From the IMG/VR virus record IMGVR_UViG_3300031841_003468, positions 1-64,000 of that record: a stretch of 64,000 nucleotides of DNA; one strand, given 5' to 3'. The translations under genes and the position numbers were made by a program. Origin of the DNA: a virus. Positions 19,138-29,511 of this stretch are shown in pieces. The notes below the pieces were generated by a model, which was not told the origin of the DNA, did no database searches, and saw nothing but the letters and a program-made list of their open reading frames with translations. Positions within the stretch are counted from its first letter, which is position 1. The number at the start of each line of letters is the position of its first letter.

Positions 19138-20210
19138 TATAGTATTCCTTTCAAGGGTTCGATTACCTCTAATTGTATCATCTCGATGGACATTTCGCCC
19201 ACATCTTTTTGAGAAATTTCAGGTCTATAGTAATTAAATCTTCGACCACACTTCTCTTTGATCTGTTTTGCGGCCTTTTCACCAGCCTCATCTGTATCAG
19301 TTAGGACAACAACATTAAGTGCTCCTGACTGCTCCAGTAGAATCATTTGCTCATCACTAAGGTTAGCACCAAAGATTCCAACTGTGTTTTTGATTCCTGC
19401 TTCATACAATCGCCAAACGTCACCCTGACCTTCAACTAATACTATTGTACCACTACTGAGGATATGTTCCTTAGCAGACTGCATACCATAGAGATAGGAA
19501 GCTTTTCTGAACCCTTTACTGTGTAACCACTTGGGTTTTCTGTTAGGGTCTAGAGAACGCCCCACGCAGCCCACATAGCGATGTTCTTCATCATAGATTG
19601 GAACTACGACTCTACCACTCATCGGCTTTCCTGAGGCCGTACAGAGCCCTACATCGAAGTGATTTAGGGTCTCTTCACTATATCCTCGTCCCATGTAGTA
19701 CTCACAGGGGTAAGATAGGGTTTCTCTGATCTGTTCTTTTGTTATCTTGCTAACATTATCACGGTTTGGCTTCTTTTCAAACGCAGCAATTAGCTTGTTA
19801 GCTTCTTCTAGTGGATCTGGCTCTCGCTCTTGAATATCTTCAATGTCACAGTTAAGGAATTTTACAGCCCATGCCATTGTTGAGCCAAAGTAGTATTCCC
19901 GTCCAGATGTTTGGGATAGGACACCTTTAAGCCATCCCAGAATATTTTGTCCCTGTTCTTCATGACAGGAGTTAGTCCAGCACCGCCAGTTACCTTTACT
20001 ATTATTACCATCGGTAAAGATTGTGCAACCCTCAGGTGAATCACCACCATGAATCGGGCAAGGCATAGCGTACCTATTAGGATACTCAATGTACTCAATG
20101 TCAAAGTGATCTAGTAGCTCAGGCAACTTATCAAGAAGCTGTCGGCATACTTCGATTACCTGTTCATTATTCCATTTCTTGTAAGTCGAATTCTTCTTCG
20201 TCGATTCCAT
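19137..20210 (-). CDS. dnaG: DNA primase
   Basis: Zn finger CPIH...WRCW..SC; GRVVVPI; TOPRIM LVEGQGD and DTDEAG. Confidence 0.9.
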   Translation of the reverse strand: MESTKKNSTYKKWNNEQVIEVCRQLLDKLPELLDHFDIEYIEYPNRYAMPCPIHGGDSPEGCTIFTDGNNSKGNWRCWTNSCHEEQGQNILGWLKGVLSQTSGREYYFGSTMAWAVKFLNCDIEDIQEREPDPLEEANKLIAAFEKKPNRDNVSKITKEQIRETLSYPCEYYMGRGYSEETLNHFDVGLCTASGKPMSGRVVVPIYDEEHRYVGCVGRSLDPNRKPKWLHSKGFRKASYLYGMQSAKEHILSSGTIVLVEGQGDVWRLYEAGIKNTVGIFGANLSDEQMILLEQSGALNVVVLTDTDEAGEKAAKQIKEKCGRRFNYYRPEISQKDVGEMSIEMIQLEVIEPLKGIL

Positions 20211-21627
20211 TGAATGCAAATCCCTTATCACTAACGTTGTTTGAATACTTTAGTTCATTACGAGTCTTATTCTCAACAAGTCTACCCTTCTCTCCAATCA
20301 TAGACAAGTTAATATAATTACCATCGTCTAGGCCACCGCCATGTCGGGCAACAACTGGAACTAACTTCCTGTTGCCTTCATCATGGCCATCGTCTGCCAT
20401 CTCTTCATCACTCTTCAACTTGAAGATAGTGAAGCTTGTACATAGCCAGATGAGCCTGTCAGAACCACTGACTACATCAGTAGATTCTTTGGTAATACCA
20501 TCTCTATTTAACTGTACAAAACTGAGGCACGCACAGTCGTGCTTAACCATGAAGTTATGTAACTGAGTAATTTGGAAACCAAGAACTTGGAATTCCTGCA
20601 TACTATTGTTAATGCTAGATGAGTTCATAAGCTTTAAGTAATCGTATACGACCAAGCAGTCATTAGTTCGACCGTCTTCGTCAAAGCCAACTTCTTGATG
20701 AATCCACTTACGCATGATGCCCAAGATGTTTTCAAATGGTTGGCCAGCAATACTGATATAGTGGTATGGGATGTCCTGAAGTTCTTCAGCGGCCTGAGTG
20801 ACTCGCTCATGAATTGAATCGTTGTCTGCAAACTTACCTGTCGAGATATCATTCATATCTACGTCAGATAGGTTAGCAAGAATACGATTGTAGTGATCTT
20901 CTTTGGACATTTCGGTATCCAGTACGAGAACTGGAATATTTAGATTCTTAGCAACATGAAGAGCTACTGCGTCACCAAACATGGACTTACCAACCTTAGG
21001 TCGGGCAGCAACTAGATCAACACACTTTCTTCGCAGTCCACCACCGATAGCTTTATCGTATCGTGGGAAGCCTGTGCTGATACCAATCATTTCTACTTTG
21101 TTTTCAGCTAGGTGCTCGACGTAATCTAATACTTCGTCACCAAGAGTTTCTGGCTTAGTTCCACCAGACTCATATACAGATGATGTTGCTTCAAGAACTG
21201 GAGTTTCTACCAGTGAGATAATATCTTGAATATCTTCATCGCCTGTGATTGATTTGATTTGTGATTGACAAACATTGAGTGTTTGCATCATGTCCCGGCC
21301 AAGCTTTAACTTTGCTAGTTTAGCTGCGTGAACAACAAGGTTGTCTTTATGGATTGGGAAGTTGAATAATGAACGAAGGAACTCTACCTCATCCTTATTC
21401 TCTACAAGAGAGCCGAAACCAAGATTGTTGGCGGCAGAAAGTAACCCAGATAAATCGACAACATTAGACTCAGATAGGTTTTTCTTGACACACTTAAAGA
21501 TCGCCTGATTCACTTCATGGGTGAAGTGGTCTGGTTCGATGAAGTCAAGATCGAGTGCCGCATCGAGTCCAAGCTGGCAAAAGCCAGCGAGTACGGCACG
21601 CTCTGCTGCAAAATCCTTCAGTTCCAT
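20167..21627 (-). CDS. dnaB: Replicative DNA helicase
   Basis: AERAVL, GISTGF, AARPKVGKS, EMS, YDYLKL, QLNR. Confidence 0.93.
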   Translation of the reverse strand: MELKDFAAERAVLAGFCQLGLDAALDLDFIEPDHFTHEVNQAIFKCVKKNLSESNVVDLSGLLSAANNLGFGSLVENKDEVEFLRSLFNFPIHKDNLVVHAAKLAKLKLGRDMMQTLNVCQSQIKSITGDEDIQDIISLVETPVLEATSSVYESGGTKPETLGDEVLDYVEHLAENKVEMIGISTGFPRYDKAIGGGLRRKCVDLVAARPKVGKSMFGDAVALHVAKNLNIPVLVLDTEMSKEDHYNRILANLSDVDMNDISTGKFADNDSIHERVTQAAEELQDIPYHYISIAGQPFENILGIMRKWIHQEVGFDEDGRTNDCLVVYDYLKLMNSSSINNSMQEFQVLGFQITQLHNFMVKHDCACLSFVQLNRDGITKESTDVVSGSDRLIWLCTSFTIFKLKSDEEMADDGHDEGNRKLVPVVARHGGGLDDGNYINLSMIGEKGRLVENKTRNELKYSNNVSDKGFAFNGIDEEEFDLQEME

Positions 21628-21628
21628 A

Positions 21629-21790
21629 TTACTTTTCTCCTCTTAGCATCTGCCAAATAAAACCAATGTTGGCTATTGCATAACACAAAAATACTACCAT
21701 TAATGGCCAGTTCCTGTCTCGTGCATAGTCAAATGCAACTATGCCGTATAATACAACACTAGCCCACAATGCAAAATTTCCTAAACTCAT
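21629..21790 (-). CDS. Small membrane protein (53 aa, not in ORF track)
   Basis: MSLGNFALWASVVLYGIVAFDYARDRNWPLMVVFLCYAIANIGFIWQMLRGEK; AAGGGG RBS; directly after promoter. Confidence 0.65.
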   Translation of the reverse strand: MSLGNFALWASVVLYGIVAFDYARDRNWPLMVVFLCYAIANIGFIWQMLRGEK

Positions 21791-21813
21791 GTGTATCCCC
21801 TTTCAATACTCCC

Positions 21814-21841
21814 ATTATAACCATATATCGGATATGGTCAA
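21814..21841 (-). promoter_or_regulatory. Sigma-70-like promoter with CGATA spacer motif
   Basis: TTGACC-ATATC-CGATA-TATGGT-TATAAT. Confidence 0.75.
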
Positions 21842-21854
21842 CCCCAAACTTGAA

Positions 21855-22346
21855 TTATTTTCTAACTTTATTTCTGATGCAACGATCACAGACGTAGGTG
21901 TCACGAGCAAAAGTAGGATGAACCTCAAATGTTTTTGAACATGAATCACAGACTTGTTTAATATACTCAATAGGTTTGCGTCGCTGTGAACGTGATACCT
22001 CAGGAGTTTTTATATCAGAAAACTCTGAGCCGTCATCTACAAAAGTGTTGTGAAAACCACCACCTGCAACAGGAGCATTTCCTGCAGGTAAAGCAGCATT
22101 AGTCTTAGTCGAGAAGTCTTCTTCAGACACAATCTCTCGGATAGGACGATCAGCCGCTACTACTTCGGGCTCTGGTGATGGCGTGGGAGATGGCTGAGGT
22201 TCGACGGCCTGAACAGACGGACGGACTTCAATGCTAGCTTTAGGGGTAGCTTGACCAAGCAACTCGTTGGCCATTTCAATAATTTCTGGATCATTTAACT
22301 GTATACCTTTTCTAAGCAAATCTTTTGCTGTCTCGATTAAACTCAT
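21855..22346 (-). CDS. Hypothetical protein with C-terminal Zn ribbon
   Basis: CDSC...CDRC, Pro-rich linker. Confidence 0.55.
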   Translation of the reverse strand: MSLIETAKDLLRKGIQLNDPEIIEMANELLGQATPKASIEVRPSVQAVEPQPSPTPSPEPEVVAADRPIREIVSEEDFSTKTNAALPAGNAPVAGGGFHNTFVDDGSEFSDIKTPEVSRSQRRKPIEYIKQVCDSCSKTFEVHPTFARDTYVCDRCIRNKVRK

Positions 22347-22348
22347 TA

Positions 22349-22834
22349 TTAGTACCTCTTACTTTGCTGTAGTAGGATGTCTCCCAACCTACTTATATTA
22401 TTAGCTGTATTTTGTAACAGGTTCACTCGTGCCTTGGCGTGAGTTAGAACCTTCTGAATCTCTGAAGCCAAAGGGTTTTCCCTCACTGCTCCATAGTATT
22501 TCTCTTGCCACTTGGAATATTGGGAACCGTAGTTACCAATGTCCTTAGATATTATATACCAAATGGAATCTTCTGCCCACTCTTTTATGGTATTTTGTTT
22601 ATTTAATAGGTGATTTATATGTTCGGCGTATGAGTATAGCAGAAAAGCAAACCTTGAACATTCATCATTGCTAAGTGATTTTAGATCATCATACTGCATA
22701 TTCATGATCTCTTTGACCTGAGGATTAGCCTCCACTAGGTCTACACCAGCGTCCTTAATAAAGTCATCGACCCTATCTAAGAACTGTTGCACCCGTTCTT
22801 CATTCGTTAAGTAATTGTCGCCATTCATCTTCAT
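22349..22834 (-). CDS. Helical/coiled-coil protein, possible UvsY-like recombination mediator
   Basis: All-helical ~160 aa two genes downstream of recA; function inferred from context only. Confidence 0.4.
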   Translation of the reverse strand: MKMNGDNYLTNEERVQQFLDRVDDFIKDAGVDLVEANPQVKEIMNMQYDDLKSLSNDECSRFAFLLYSYAEHINHLLNKQNTIKEWAEDSIWYIISKDIGNYGSQYSKWQEKYYGAVRENPLASEIQKVLTHAKARVNLLQNTANNISRLGDILLQQSKRY

Positions 22835-23216
22835 TATCCTTATAGCTCAACTCTACCATTGTGATGCCATTCTGCTCACACCAGTTTCTTTTGTCATTGT
22901 CCCTAGCCTTAGCACGATAGAAGGACTTCTTGTCTTTGAAGAAGAAACTATTGTACTTATAGTGTTGCTCTCCATGAGCCTCAACTATCATGCTTCGATT
23001 AGGAATAAAGAAATCTGCGTAAAGGGTACTCTTGCGGATACTAGTTCTAGTTCCGGGAAGTGTAACCTCTTCCAATATTCTATCATAAGGGAACTCAGAT
23101 TTCAAGAAGTTTCTGACAGAAATGTGTAACTTTGACTTATTTTTATCTGAGAATGTTCCAGACTTATGGCTTGGATTCCAAGAATGCTCTCTTCCATCTA
23201 AACCAAGTATCTTCAT
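22800..23216 (-). CDS. Vsr/DUF559-like endonuclease
   Basis: ADFFIP, IVEAHGEQHY, RDNDKRNWC..NGI. Confidence 0.75.
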   Translation of the reverse strand: MKILGLDGREHSWNPSHKSGTFSDKNKSKLHISVRNFLKSEFPYDRILEEVTLPGTRTSIRKSTLYADFFIPNRSMIVEAHGEQHYKYNSFFFKDKKSFYRAKARDNDKRNWCEQNGITMVELSYKDNEDEWRQLLNE

Positions 23217-24286
23217 TACAGCATCTCTTTCATGTCGGCTTCTAGTTTAGTAACAACTTCTGGGTTCTGCTTTAGGAACTCAAGCACTCGTGCCTGACCT
23301 TGGAACTTACAAGCTTTGACTACTGCTTCTTCATCTTCCAGATTAAGCTCTGGGAAAATCTTAGGTAGAAGGTCTGCAGACTCAACTAAGAAGTCTAGAG
23401 TAATCCATGCACCAGCCTTAGAGATAAGACCGATTTCCATGCCGATAACTAGAGACTCTTGGATCTTGTCAATACCTTCACCGTAGCGTAACCAGCTTTG
23501 AGCTTCTTGGCCGGGAGATCCGATAGAAGAACATAGGATCTTCCAGTTTACAGACTGACCAATTTGCTTGTCGCCTTCAACCCAAGGAGAAATGCTCTTG
23601 ACTTCCATGCGTGTGTCAGCTTGATACTGAATCTTACGTCCACAGTCAGGCATACGTGTTGGGCCATAACCACTAGTGTTAGCGATGTAGTGAGTAATAA
23701 TAATAACTGTTGCACGTTGGTTAGGTACAATCTGTGCCATCTTCTTACAGAATGAAGATAGGATCTTAGGTAGACCAGCACGACCAACACCACCAACAAC
23801 TTCGTCTAATTCTTTCTGTGGGACTAGGCAAGAAGTTGAGTCAATGATACATACACAGCGATGGTTTTCTTTGGCACTAACTAGCTTAACACAAATGTCA
23901 AGAAAAGCTTCTGCACTCAAAGGCTCATCGTCAGACTGTACGATCTGTACTTTATCTAGGTCTAGTCCATTAACACCAGTCAGGTTCATGTCCTTAAGAC
24001 GACCTTCAGCGTCAATGTAAACAACTGGTCGGCCTTCTGCCTGACAGTTAGATGCAATCTGTAATGCTGTGGTAGTCTTGCCACACTTAGGGTCACCAGT
24101 CAGGATAACCCAAGAACCTTCACGGATACCGCCACCTAGAGACATATCAATAGCAGGGGAAACAGGGATGACTTCATAATCCTTACGCTTGTCCATTACC
24201 TCAATACCAGTTGAGATAACCTTCCCATACTTCTTAACGATGTCCTTCATGAAGGCAGGTTGTTCAATCTTCTTTGCTTTTGCCAT
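23216..24286 (-). CDS. recA: RecA-family recombinase
   Basis: LGGGI, GDPKCGKTT, YIDAE, IIDS, GLISKAGAW. Confidence 0.92.
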   Translation of the reverse strand: MAKAKKIEQPAFMKDIVKKYGKVISTGIEVMDKRKDYEVIPVSPAIDMSLGGGIREGSWVILTGDPKCGKTTTALQIASNCQAEGRPVVYIDAEGRLKDMNLTGVNGLDLDKVQIVQSDDEPLSAEAFLDICVKLVSAKENHRCVCIIDSTSCLVPQKELDEVVGGVGRAGLPKILSSFCKKMAQIVPNQRATVIIITHYIANTSGYGPTRMPDCGRKIQYQADTRMEVKSISPWVEGDKQIGQSVNWKILCSSIGSPGQEAQSWLRYGEGIDKIQESLVIGMEIGLISKAGAWITLDFLVESADLLPKIFPELNLEDEEAVVKACKFQGQARVLEFLKQNPEVVTKLEADMKEML

Positions 24287-24731
24287 TATCTATGTTCCTT
24301 AATGTATTGAATAGATTCTTTTTCTTATATTGCTTACGTGGTTTAGCTTCAGTGTCTATCTTGTCAAAGTCTTCTTCGACCTTCTTAGGTTTAGGTCGCT
24401 TGTCAAACTTAACCTTGAATGACTTTATCTCATCTGCTAACCATTTGTGTGGATGATAGAAACCCGTAGAGAATACTCTAGTATTTTCTTTCATCAGATA
24501 CTCAATTACGCAATCTTCTCCAAACTGTTTGATGAGCCTATTGACAGACACAATCTGAGCTTGATAAGATTTCTTTTGAGATTTGTTCCAGAATTTGAAG
24601 GCAAGATTACCTTCGTTGTTTCGCTCTGCTCGTCGCAGACACATTAGCTCAGCTAGATACTGAGCCGTTGAGCACATTTGCCCGGTCGAAACACTCTTGA
24701 ACTTTTTCTGACTGTCTTTTGGTTGATCCAT
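24264..24731 (-). CDS. Hypothetical basic protein
   Basis: ORF in operon upstream of recA. Confidence 0.55.
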   Translation of the reverse strand: MDQPKDSQKKFKSVSTGQMCSTAQYLAELMCLRRAERNNEGNLAFKFWNKSQKKSYQAQIVSVNRLIKQFGEDCVIEYLMKENTRVFSTGFYHPHKWLADEIKSFKVKFDKRPKPKKVEEDFDKIDTEAKPRKQYKKKNLFNTLRNIDNGKSKED

Positions 24732-25197
24732 TAGTCCACACCATATATACAACGTTTTCGTGAGTTAGTTCTCGTTCTTGAACGAAGGGTTCAAAATCAC
24801 ACTGAGGGAAGCTGTACTTTCTAACGTCGATGTTTTCACAATCATCCCTTAGAAGGCCAGCAGTAATGTGCTGAAAATTGTTAGCCTTTCCACCGCCCAT
24901 GCTTACATCTTTAGATGCACCACGTAGCAGGAAGAAGCCATCAAGACCAGTCTCATTCTCAAACAAGAGAACAGGTCTGTGACCCATAGGTAATATCTCA
25001 GCCTTTACTATATATTCTTCTGGGTTAGCTTCGAGATAAGCCATCATACGCTTATATGGGTTTGGCTCTTCAAACTCGTCGTTTTCCCAATCAGACCAAA
25101 CTTCTGTGCCTGTGTTCAATGTGCACTTCCACAGAATCTCAGTTGATTCATATATTAAGTCACGAATATACTTATTATAACCAGTACAAATATCCAT
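24649..25197 (-). CDS. Hypothetical protein
   Basis: 182 aa, GGGGAG RBS. Confidence 0.55.
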   Translation of the reverse strand: MDICTGYNKYIRDLIYESTEILWKCTLNTGTEVWSDWENDEFEEPNPYKRMMAYLEANPEEYIVKAEILPMGHRPVLLFENETGLDGFFLLRGASKDVSMGGGKANNFQHITAGLLRDDCENIDVRKYSFPQCDFEPFVQERELTHENVVYMVWTNGSTKRQSEKVQECFDRANVLNGSVSS

Positions 25198-25215
25198 AAC
25201 ACTCCCCTGTTATAC

Positions 25216-25539
25216 TTAGTCTTGCTTCCTAATAGGTGCGACTGCATTATTGTATTTAGAAGAAGATAGTGGGTTTGCATTCTTACGATTTTCGTCAGCT
25301 ACTTGAGAAGCTGTCTTAGTCATAATAGTTGCACCACGATCTTCATTGCGTGCAAAGAAATCACCAGCCTTAATGTTGGTGGCAGTGCTTTCGTTTTGTG
25401 TACGCTCTGGGATGTGCTTAGTAACGAATGGAAGTGACCGATTTAAGTCAGAAGCGATTTCTTCTGCAGTCTTTTCCATATAATTAGCTTCAATGTATTC
25501 ACGTTCCACTTTAGATAGTGGGCCTTTTTTAGTAGTCAT
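25216..25539 (-). CDS. Putative HTH DNA-binding protein
   Basis: LSKVEREYI...TAEEIASDLNRS. Confidence 0.55.
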   Translation of the reverse strand: MTTKKGPLSKVEREYIEANYMEKTAEEIASDLNRSLPFVTKHIPERTQNESTATNIKAGDFFARNEDRGATIMTKTASQVADENRKNANPLSSSKYNNAVAPIRKQD

Positions 25540-25540
25540 A

Positions 25541-25855
25541 TTATAACTCCTGCATAAAAGTTCGTCGAGCCCTAGTCAACAAAAGTTCCTGATTAGACTG
25601 TAAGTGTCCGAGATAATAATCAAAGACTTTCTTACTAACCTTCTTTAGGGCAAACATAGAAGATTTAGCCTTGTACTTAAACTGGCCATTGGGATCAAAC
25701 AGATCACCACGACCAAACAACACCCAATACTGTCCACTGCCATCAGACTTAACTGAGGATTTTGCAAGAGCATCTCGCTGAGAAGTTTCTGCACCGCCCT
25801 TACCATAGTAAGTAGTAGTGACATCACTAGGTGGTAAAAATTGTTCTACTGACAT
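25541..25855 (-). CDS. Hypothetical protein
   Basis: 104 aa, coupled to neighbours. Confidence 0.5.
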   Translation of the reverse strand: MSVEQFLPPSDVTTTYYGKGGAETSQRDALAKSSVKSDGSGQYWVLFGRGDLFDPNGQFKYKAKSSMFALKKVSKKVFDYYLGHLQSNQELLLTRARRTFMQEL

Positions 25856-26097
25856 TAGTCATTATCCTTTCCATCATTCAGGGAAAGCAGAAGGTTCTTT
25901 GCCTTCTTTAAGCAGTCAGCTCTGTCAAAGCCTTCAACCTTGATCTTTGCTAGGTTAGTCATTCCATACTTCTTGTATTCACTTTCGTGTACAGGAATAG
26001 GGTCTACACTACCATCACTAAGCATCTGACGACAATCAATCTTGAATGTAATGATTGCCATATGTGGTGCTTGACTTCGCTTGCCTTGCTTTTCCAT
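25855..26097 (-). CDS. Hypothetical protein
   Basis: 80 aa, coupled to neighbours. Confidence 0.5.
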   Translation of the reverse strand: MEKQGKRSQAPHMAIITFKIDCRQMLSDGSVDPIPVHESEYKKYGMTNLAKIKVEGFDRADCLKKAKNLLLSLNDGKDND

Positions 26098-26098
26098 G

Positions 26099-26437
26099 TT
26101 AACCTTCCTCGATGTATTTCTTCTTTTGAGCCGCAGTCATACTGTTAATTTTCTTGTATGTCTGACGGTCTTCCTTTTGTTTAAGTTGGCCAGCAATGTC
26201 ATCTGCCTGCTCACGAGCTTGCAGTTCATAGCGACCCATCTTAGCTGTGTTTCTATCCGATAGCTGACCAATAGTGGTTGGCTCACCCTTCACACTAATG
26301 CGTGGGGCTGTCAAGATAACACGTCGATATTGTTCTTCACCACACTTAGGACAAGTAGTTAATGGCTTGTCGCTAAACGATTGGTATACTTCTTCACCGT
26401 GACTACAAGTCCGGCATTCATAATCATAAGTTGGCAT
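26099..26437 (-). CDS. FmdB-family zinc ribbon protein
   Basis: MPTYDYECxxC...PLTTCPKCG. Confidence 0.85.
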   Translation of the reverse strand: MPTYDYECRTCSHGEEVYQSFSDKPLTTCPKCGEEQYRRVILTAPRISVKGEPTTIGQLSDRNTAKMGRYELQAREQADDIAGQLKQKEDRQTYKKINSMTAAQKKKYIEEG

Positions 26438-26484
26438 ATTAATTCCTCCTACAGAATATTATAGAGGGACACAGCTAATATTGC

Positions 26485-27153
26485 TCACAATAATTTGAGA
26501 ATTCTAGAAATAATTCCGTTGCGAACAATGTCGTCCTCTGTAAGATATACATTTGTAACGCCTCTGCAACCGTCGAGTCTATCCATACAATAGTCCATTC
26601 CTCCACTAGCAGAAGAAGGAAGGTCAGTTTGGTCTAAGTCTCCATTAATAAGAGCTTTAGATCCTTGCCCTATTCTGGTGATAAACATCTTTATTTGTGA
26701 CAGTGTAGCGTTCTGTCCTTCGTCTAGTATCATAAAGCAGTTGTGAAAGTTTCTACCTCGCATATATTCTAACGGACATAGCTCTATTATATTATTTACT
26801 CTCATGTCGTTAAGTGATTGCTTGGCAAAGTACTTCTTCATCTCTTCTAATATAGGTACTAAATAAGGATGAATCTTTTCAGTTAAAGTTCCCGGCAGAA
26901 AGCCTAACCCTGAACCTGCTTCTACCACAGGTCGGGTTATAACTATTTTTTCTATTTCGCCGGACAGTAAATATTGACAGGCCAATCCTACAGCTACTGC
27001 TGTTTTACCGCAGCCTGCAGGCCCACTACAAAAAGTCACGGTACTTTTCTGCAATGCTTCAAAGTAGAACTCTTGATTCTTTGTTTTGGGCTTTATGGGT
27101 TTTGATTTGAATTGGGCTGCTTTTTTAAGTTGAGTTGGAGTGGATTTTTTCAT
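26485..27153 (-). CDS. phoH: PhoH-family ATPase
   Basis: PKTKNQ, GPAGCGKT, TRPVVE, LGFLPG, YMRGR, ILDEGQN, GDLDQTDL. Confidence 0.95.
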   Translation of the reverse strand: MKKSTPTQLKKAAQFKSKPIKPKTKNQEFYFEALQKSTVTFCSGPAGCGKTAVAVGLACQYLLSGEIEKIVITRPVVEAGSGLGFLPGTLTEKIHPYLVPILEEMKKYFAKQSLNDMRVNNIIELCPLEYMRGRNFHNCFMILDEGQNATLSQIKMFITRIGQGSKALINGDLDQTDLPSSASGGMDYCMDRLDGCRGVTNVYLTEDDIVRNGIISRILKLL

Positions 27154-27156
27154 ATA

Positions 27157-27606
27157 CTATTTTCCTGAAGAACCGAAACCATTATCTCCCCTATCCGCTT
27201 CATCTAGTTCTACGGACTCGACAAGTGTAAAGTTCGGCACTTCTTGGATTAATAGCTGAGCTATCCTATCCCCCTTTTTTATTTTATATAGATTGCCAGT
27301 TGAGTTATATAAGCAAACCTTGATTTCCCCACGATAACCAGAGTCAATAACTCCGGCGTAACGATGTATACCATGTTTAGAAGACAAGCCTGACCTATCC
27401 CATATAAGCCCTGCATAACCAGTTGGTATAGCCATCGCAATTCCAGTACATACTAAAGCTCTTTCAGATGGCCATAGTTCTGTATCTGTGCAGGCATATA
27501 GATCAAAGCCTGCGTCTGTTGGATTAGATTTTGTTGGTATTGTTGAATCAGTACAAAGTCGCTGAACTTTGATTTCCTTACTGTCATCAAAAAATGCTGC
27601 TGTCAT
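27157..27606 (-). CDS. dut: dUTPase (trimeric)
   Basis: AGFDL, RSGLS, GVIDSGYRGE, GDRIAQL, RGDNGFGSSG. Confidence 0.95.
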   Translation of the reverse strand: MTAAFFDDSKEIKVQRLCTDSTIPTKSNPTDAGFDLYACTDTELWPSERALVCTGIAMAIPTGYAGLIWDRSGLSSKHGIHRYAGVIDSGYRGEIKVCLYNSTGNLYKIKKGDRIAQLLIQEVPNFTLVESVELDEADRGDNGFGSSGK

Positions 27607-27625
27607 CGTTTCTCCTTGTTGTTGA

Positions 27626-28777
27626 TTAAATTTCTGCTCCATAAGTTGGAGTTGTTACGGCTCCTGTATACTGTAAGAAGTCGCCCATTTTGTTTTCAAA
27701 AGTTATTTCATATTCTAAGTTGCTACCACCACCAGCATCTGAACCAGTCAGATTAATGCCAGTTATGTAATTTCTTGCACCTAGATCTACATTAAGTATG
27801 TTAGTTCCTGTGGCATTCCAGTAAGAAAGTCTAATGTGGTCATCAGGCTTAAATAGTGCTCCAAAGTCTGGGTTATCATACTGAGCCTGTGTTCTATCCA
27901 TCTTGAATGCTCCTTCTTTTCTTGCTATAGCAGTGAATGAAGAGGAGACTGTAACTGGTACATTAACATATCTATATTGATGTGGGTTTCCAGTATTTGC
28001 AATTCCCGGACGACCATTATCTTGTAATGTTCCAAAGTCTATGTCAAAACCATAAGTCCATCCAGTAAGGCCATATACACCAATGTCGGCATTGCCTTCT
28101 GTGATATCAAGCATTTTACTAGCACTATAAGTAGAGGCTTGTTCCGTGTTTTCAGTAATTAAATCAGGGAATACACAGTCAGCTAAATTAACATGTTGTC
28201 TTCTAATTAGATCTGAGGCAGTGTGTGCTGGATCACTCACAGTACCTTTACCATAACTACCACCGAAGCTTTCTTCGTAGTCAAGTTCTGGAGATACCCA
28301 AGTAGAAGATTCTGTTAGTGACCCACTTGAATCTAGTGAGTACGACAAGGCTGTCATGATTGCATCTCTTAGTCTGATGCCAGCAATAGCACCGGCCATA
28401 TGGTCTTCTTTGTCTGTACCATAATTAATACAAACATCTTTCTTTCTGAGAGCTATCCAACCTGCTGAACCGAGATTAGCATCGGCCAACAGGTGGTTAG
28501 TCTCATAGCTAGTTTGACCATCAGATAAGTAATTAATTCCAGAGTATAGAGCAATAGAGCCACCGTCAATCACACGATCAATAGTTATTTGATGTAGACT
28601 GTCGGGATTAGTGAAGAAGTGACTATCTCTCATTCGACCTTGATCTCTAAGACTATTATATTCATAGCCTCTGTCTAGACCTACAGCCTGAGCACCATAC
28701 ACAGGAGTACCATCAATGGTAACATTGTGCATGTATCCTGAGATACGCCAGTTATTTCCGTAATCATTATAACCCAT
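27626..28777 (-). CDS. Putative virion structural protein (tail-tube-like)
   Basis: 383 aa, Gly/Asn/Thr/aromatic beta-rich composition, no enzyme motifs. Confidence 0.4.
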   Translation of the reverse strand: MGYNDYGNNWRISGYMHNVTIDGTPVYGAQAVGLDRGYEYNSLRDQGRMRDSHFFTNPDSLHQITIDRVIDGGSIALYSGINYLSDGQTSYETNHLLADANLGSAGWIALRKKDVCINYGTDKEDHMAGAIAGIRLRDAIMTALSYSLDSSGSLTESSTWVSPELDYEESFGGSYGKGTVSDPAHTASDLIRRQHVNLADCVFPDLITENTEQASTYSASKMLDITEGNADIGVYGLTGWTYGFDIDFGTLQDNGRPGIANTGNPHQYRYVNVPVTVSSSFTAIARKEGAFKMDRTQAQYDNPDFGALFKPDDHIRLSYWNATGTNILNVDLGARNYITGINLTGSDAGGGSNLEYEITFENKMGDFLQYTGAVTTPTYGAEI

Positions 28778-28796
28778 TACTCTATACCTTTTTCAA

Positions 28797-29501
28797 TTAC
28801 CACATCTTACAAGACCAGTAACGTGCCTTCCACTTAGGGCCGGGAGTGTCACATCTGTGACGAGCACGAAAACTCTTACGTCTTGCAGGATTATCTTTTT
28901 TAATTTCCATGTTGGGGTCGCCAAAGTTAACTTTAACTACGTTACCCTTTTCATTCTTTACATACACAGAAAACTTCTTTGGGCCATCTGGAGTTCTAAA
29001 AGGTTTATTTAATTTAACCTTTCGTCCCTGATATTCAGCAGCCTTACTTGATCCAATCTTTCTGCAACTTCCCGGTTCACCTTCTTTGGTGTTAGGTACT
29101 CTTTCGTACCCTTCCCAGCAAGCTCCAGTCTTTGGGTCTGCTACAGTTGGATCTCCGGCTTTACCTTTATATGTTAAAGTAACTCCGTCTTTCTTATGTA
29201 TACCCTTTCGGTTGAAATAATATACTTCACCAGTCTTTGGGTTTTCATATTTGTATGTAGTTGCAGACTTATTTTTATACCACCGTTTCCAGTAGTCATC
29301 ATCTTTCTTTTTGCTGTATTGAGACCTAGAGATCTCTAATTCAATCTCTTCAATCTCTTCGCCTTCTACATCAACGTATTCTGCCTCAGCAGGGATGTAA
29401 AAGCTTTCTTCTGTGATATCTTCGGTGAACCCGATTTCAGCGGCGTGCTGATTAAGGGAATCTAGATAGCACTCATCGAACAATGGTTTATCGTCGCTCA
29501 T
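28797..29501 (-). CDS. Modular phage protein: acidic N-term, CWEGY motif, basic C-terminal domain
   Basis: CWEGYE...GSC and AEYQGRKVKLNKPFR...RRKSFRARHRC...YWSC motifs recurrent in large-phage proteins. Confidence 0.55.
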   Translation of the reverse strand: MSDDKPLFDECYLDSLNQHAAEIGFTEDITEESFYIPAEAEYVDVEGEEIEEIELEISRSQYSKKKDDDYWKRWYKNKSATTYKYENPKTGEVYYFNRKGIHKKDGVTLTYKGKAGDPTVADPKTGACWEGYERVPNTKEGEPGSCRKIGSSKAAEYQGRKVKLNKPFRTPDGPKKFSVYVKNEKGNVVKVNFGDPNMEIKKDNPARRKSFRARHRCDTPGPKWKARYWSCKMW

Positions 29502-29511
29502 AATAAATTCC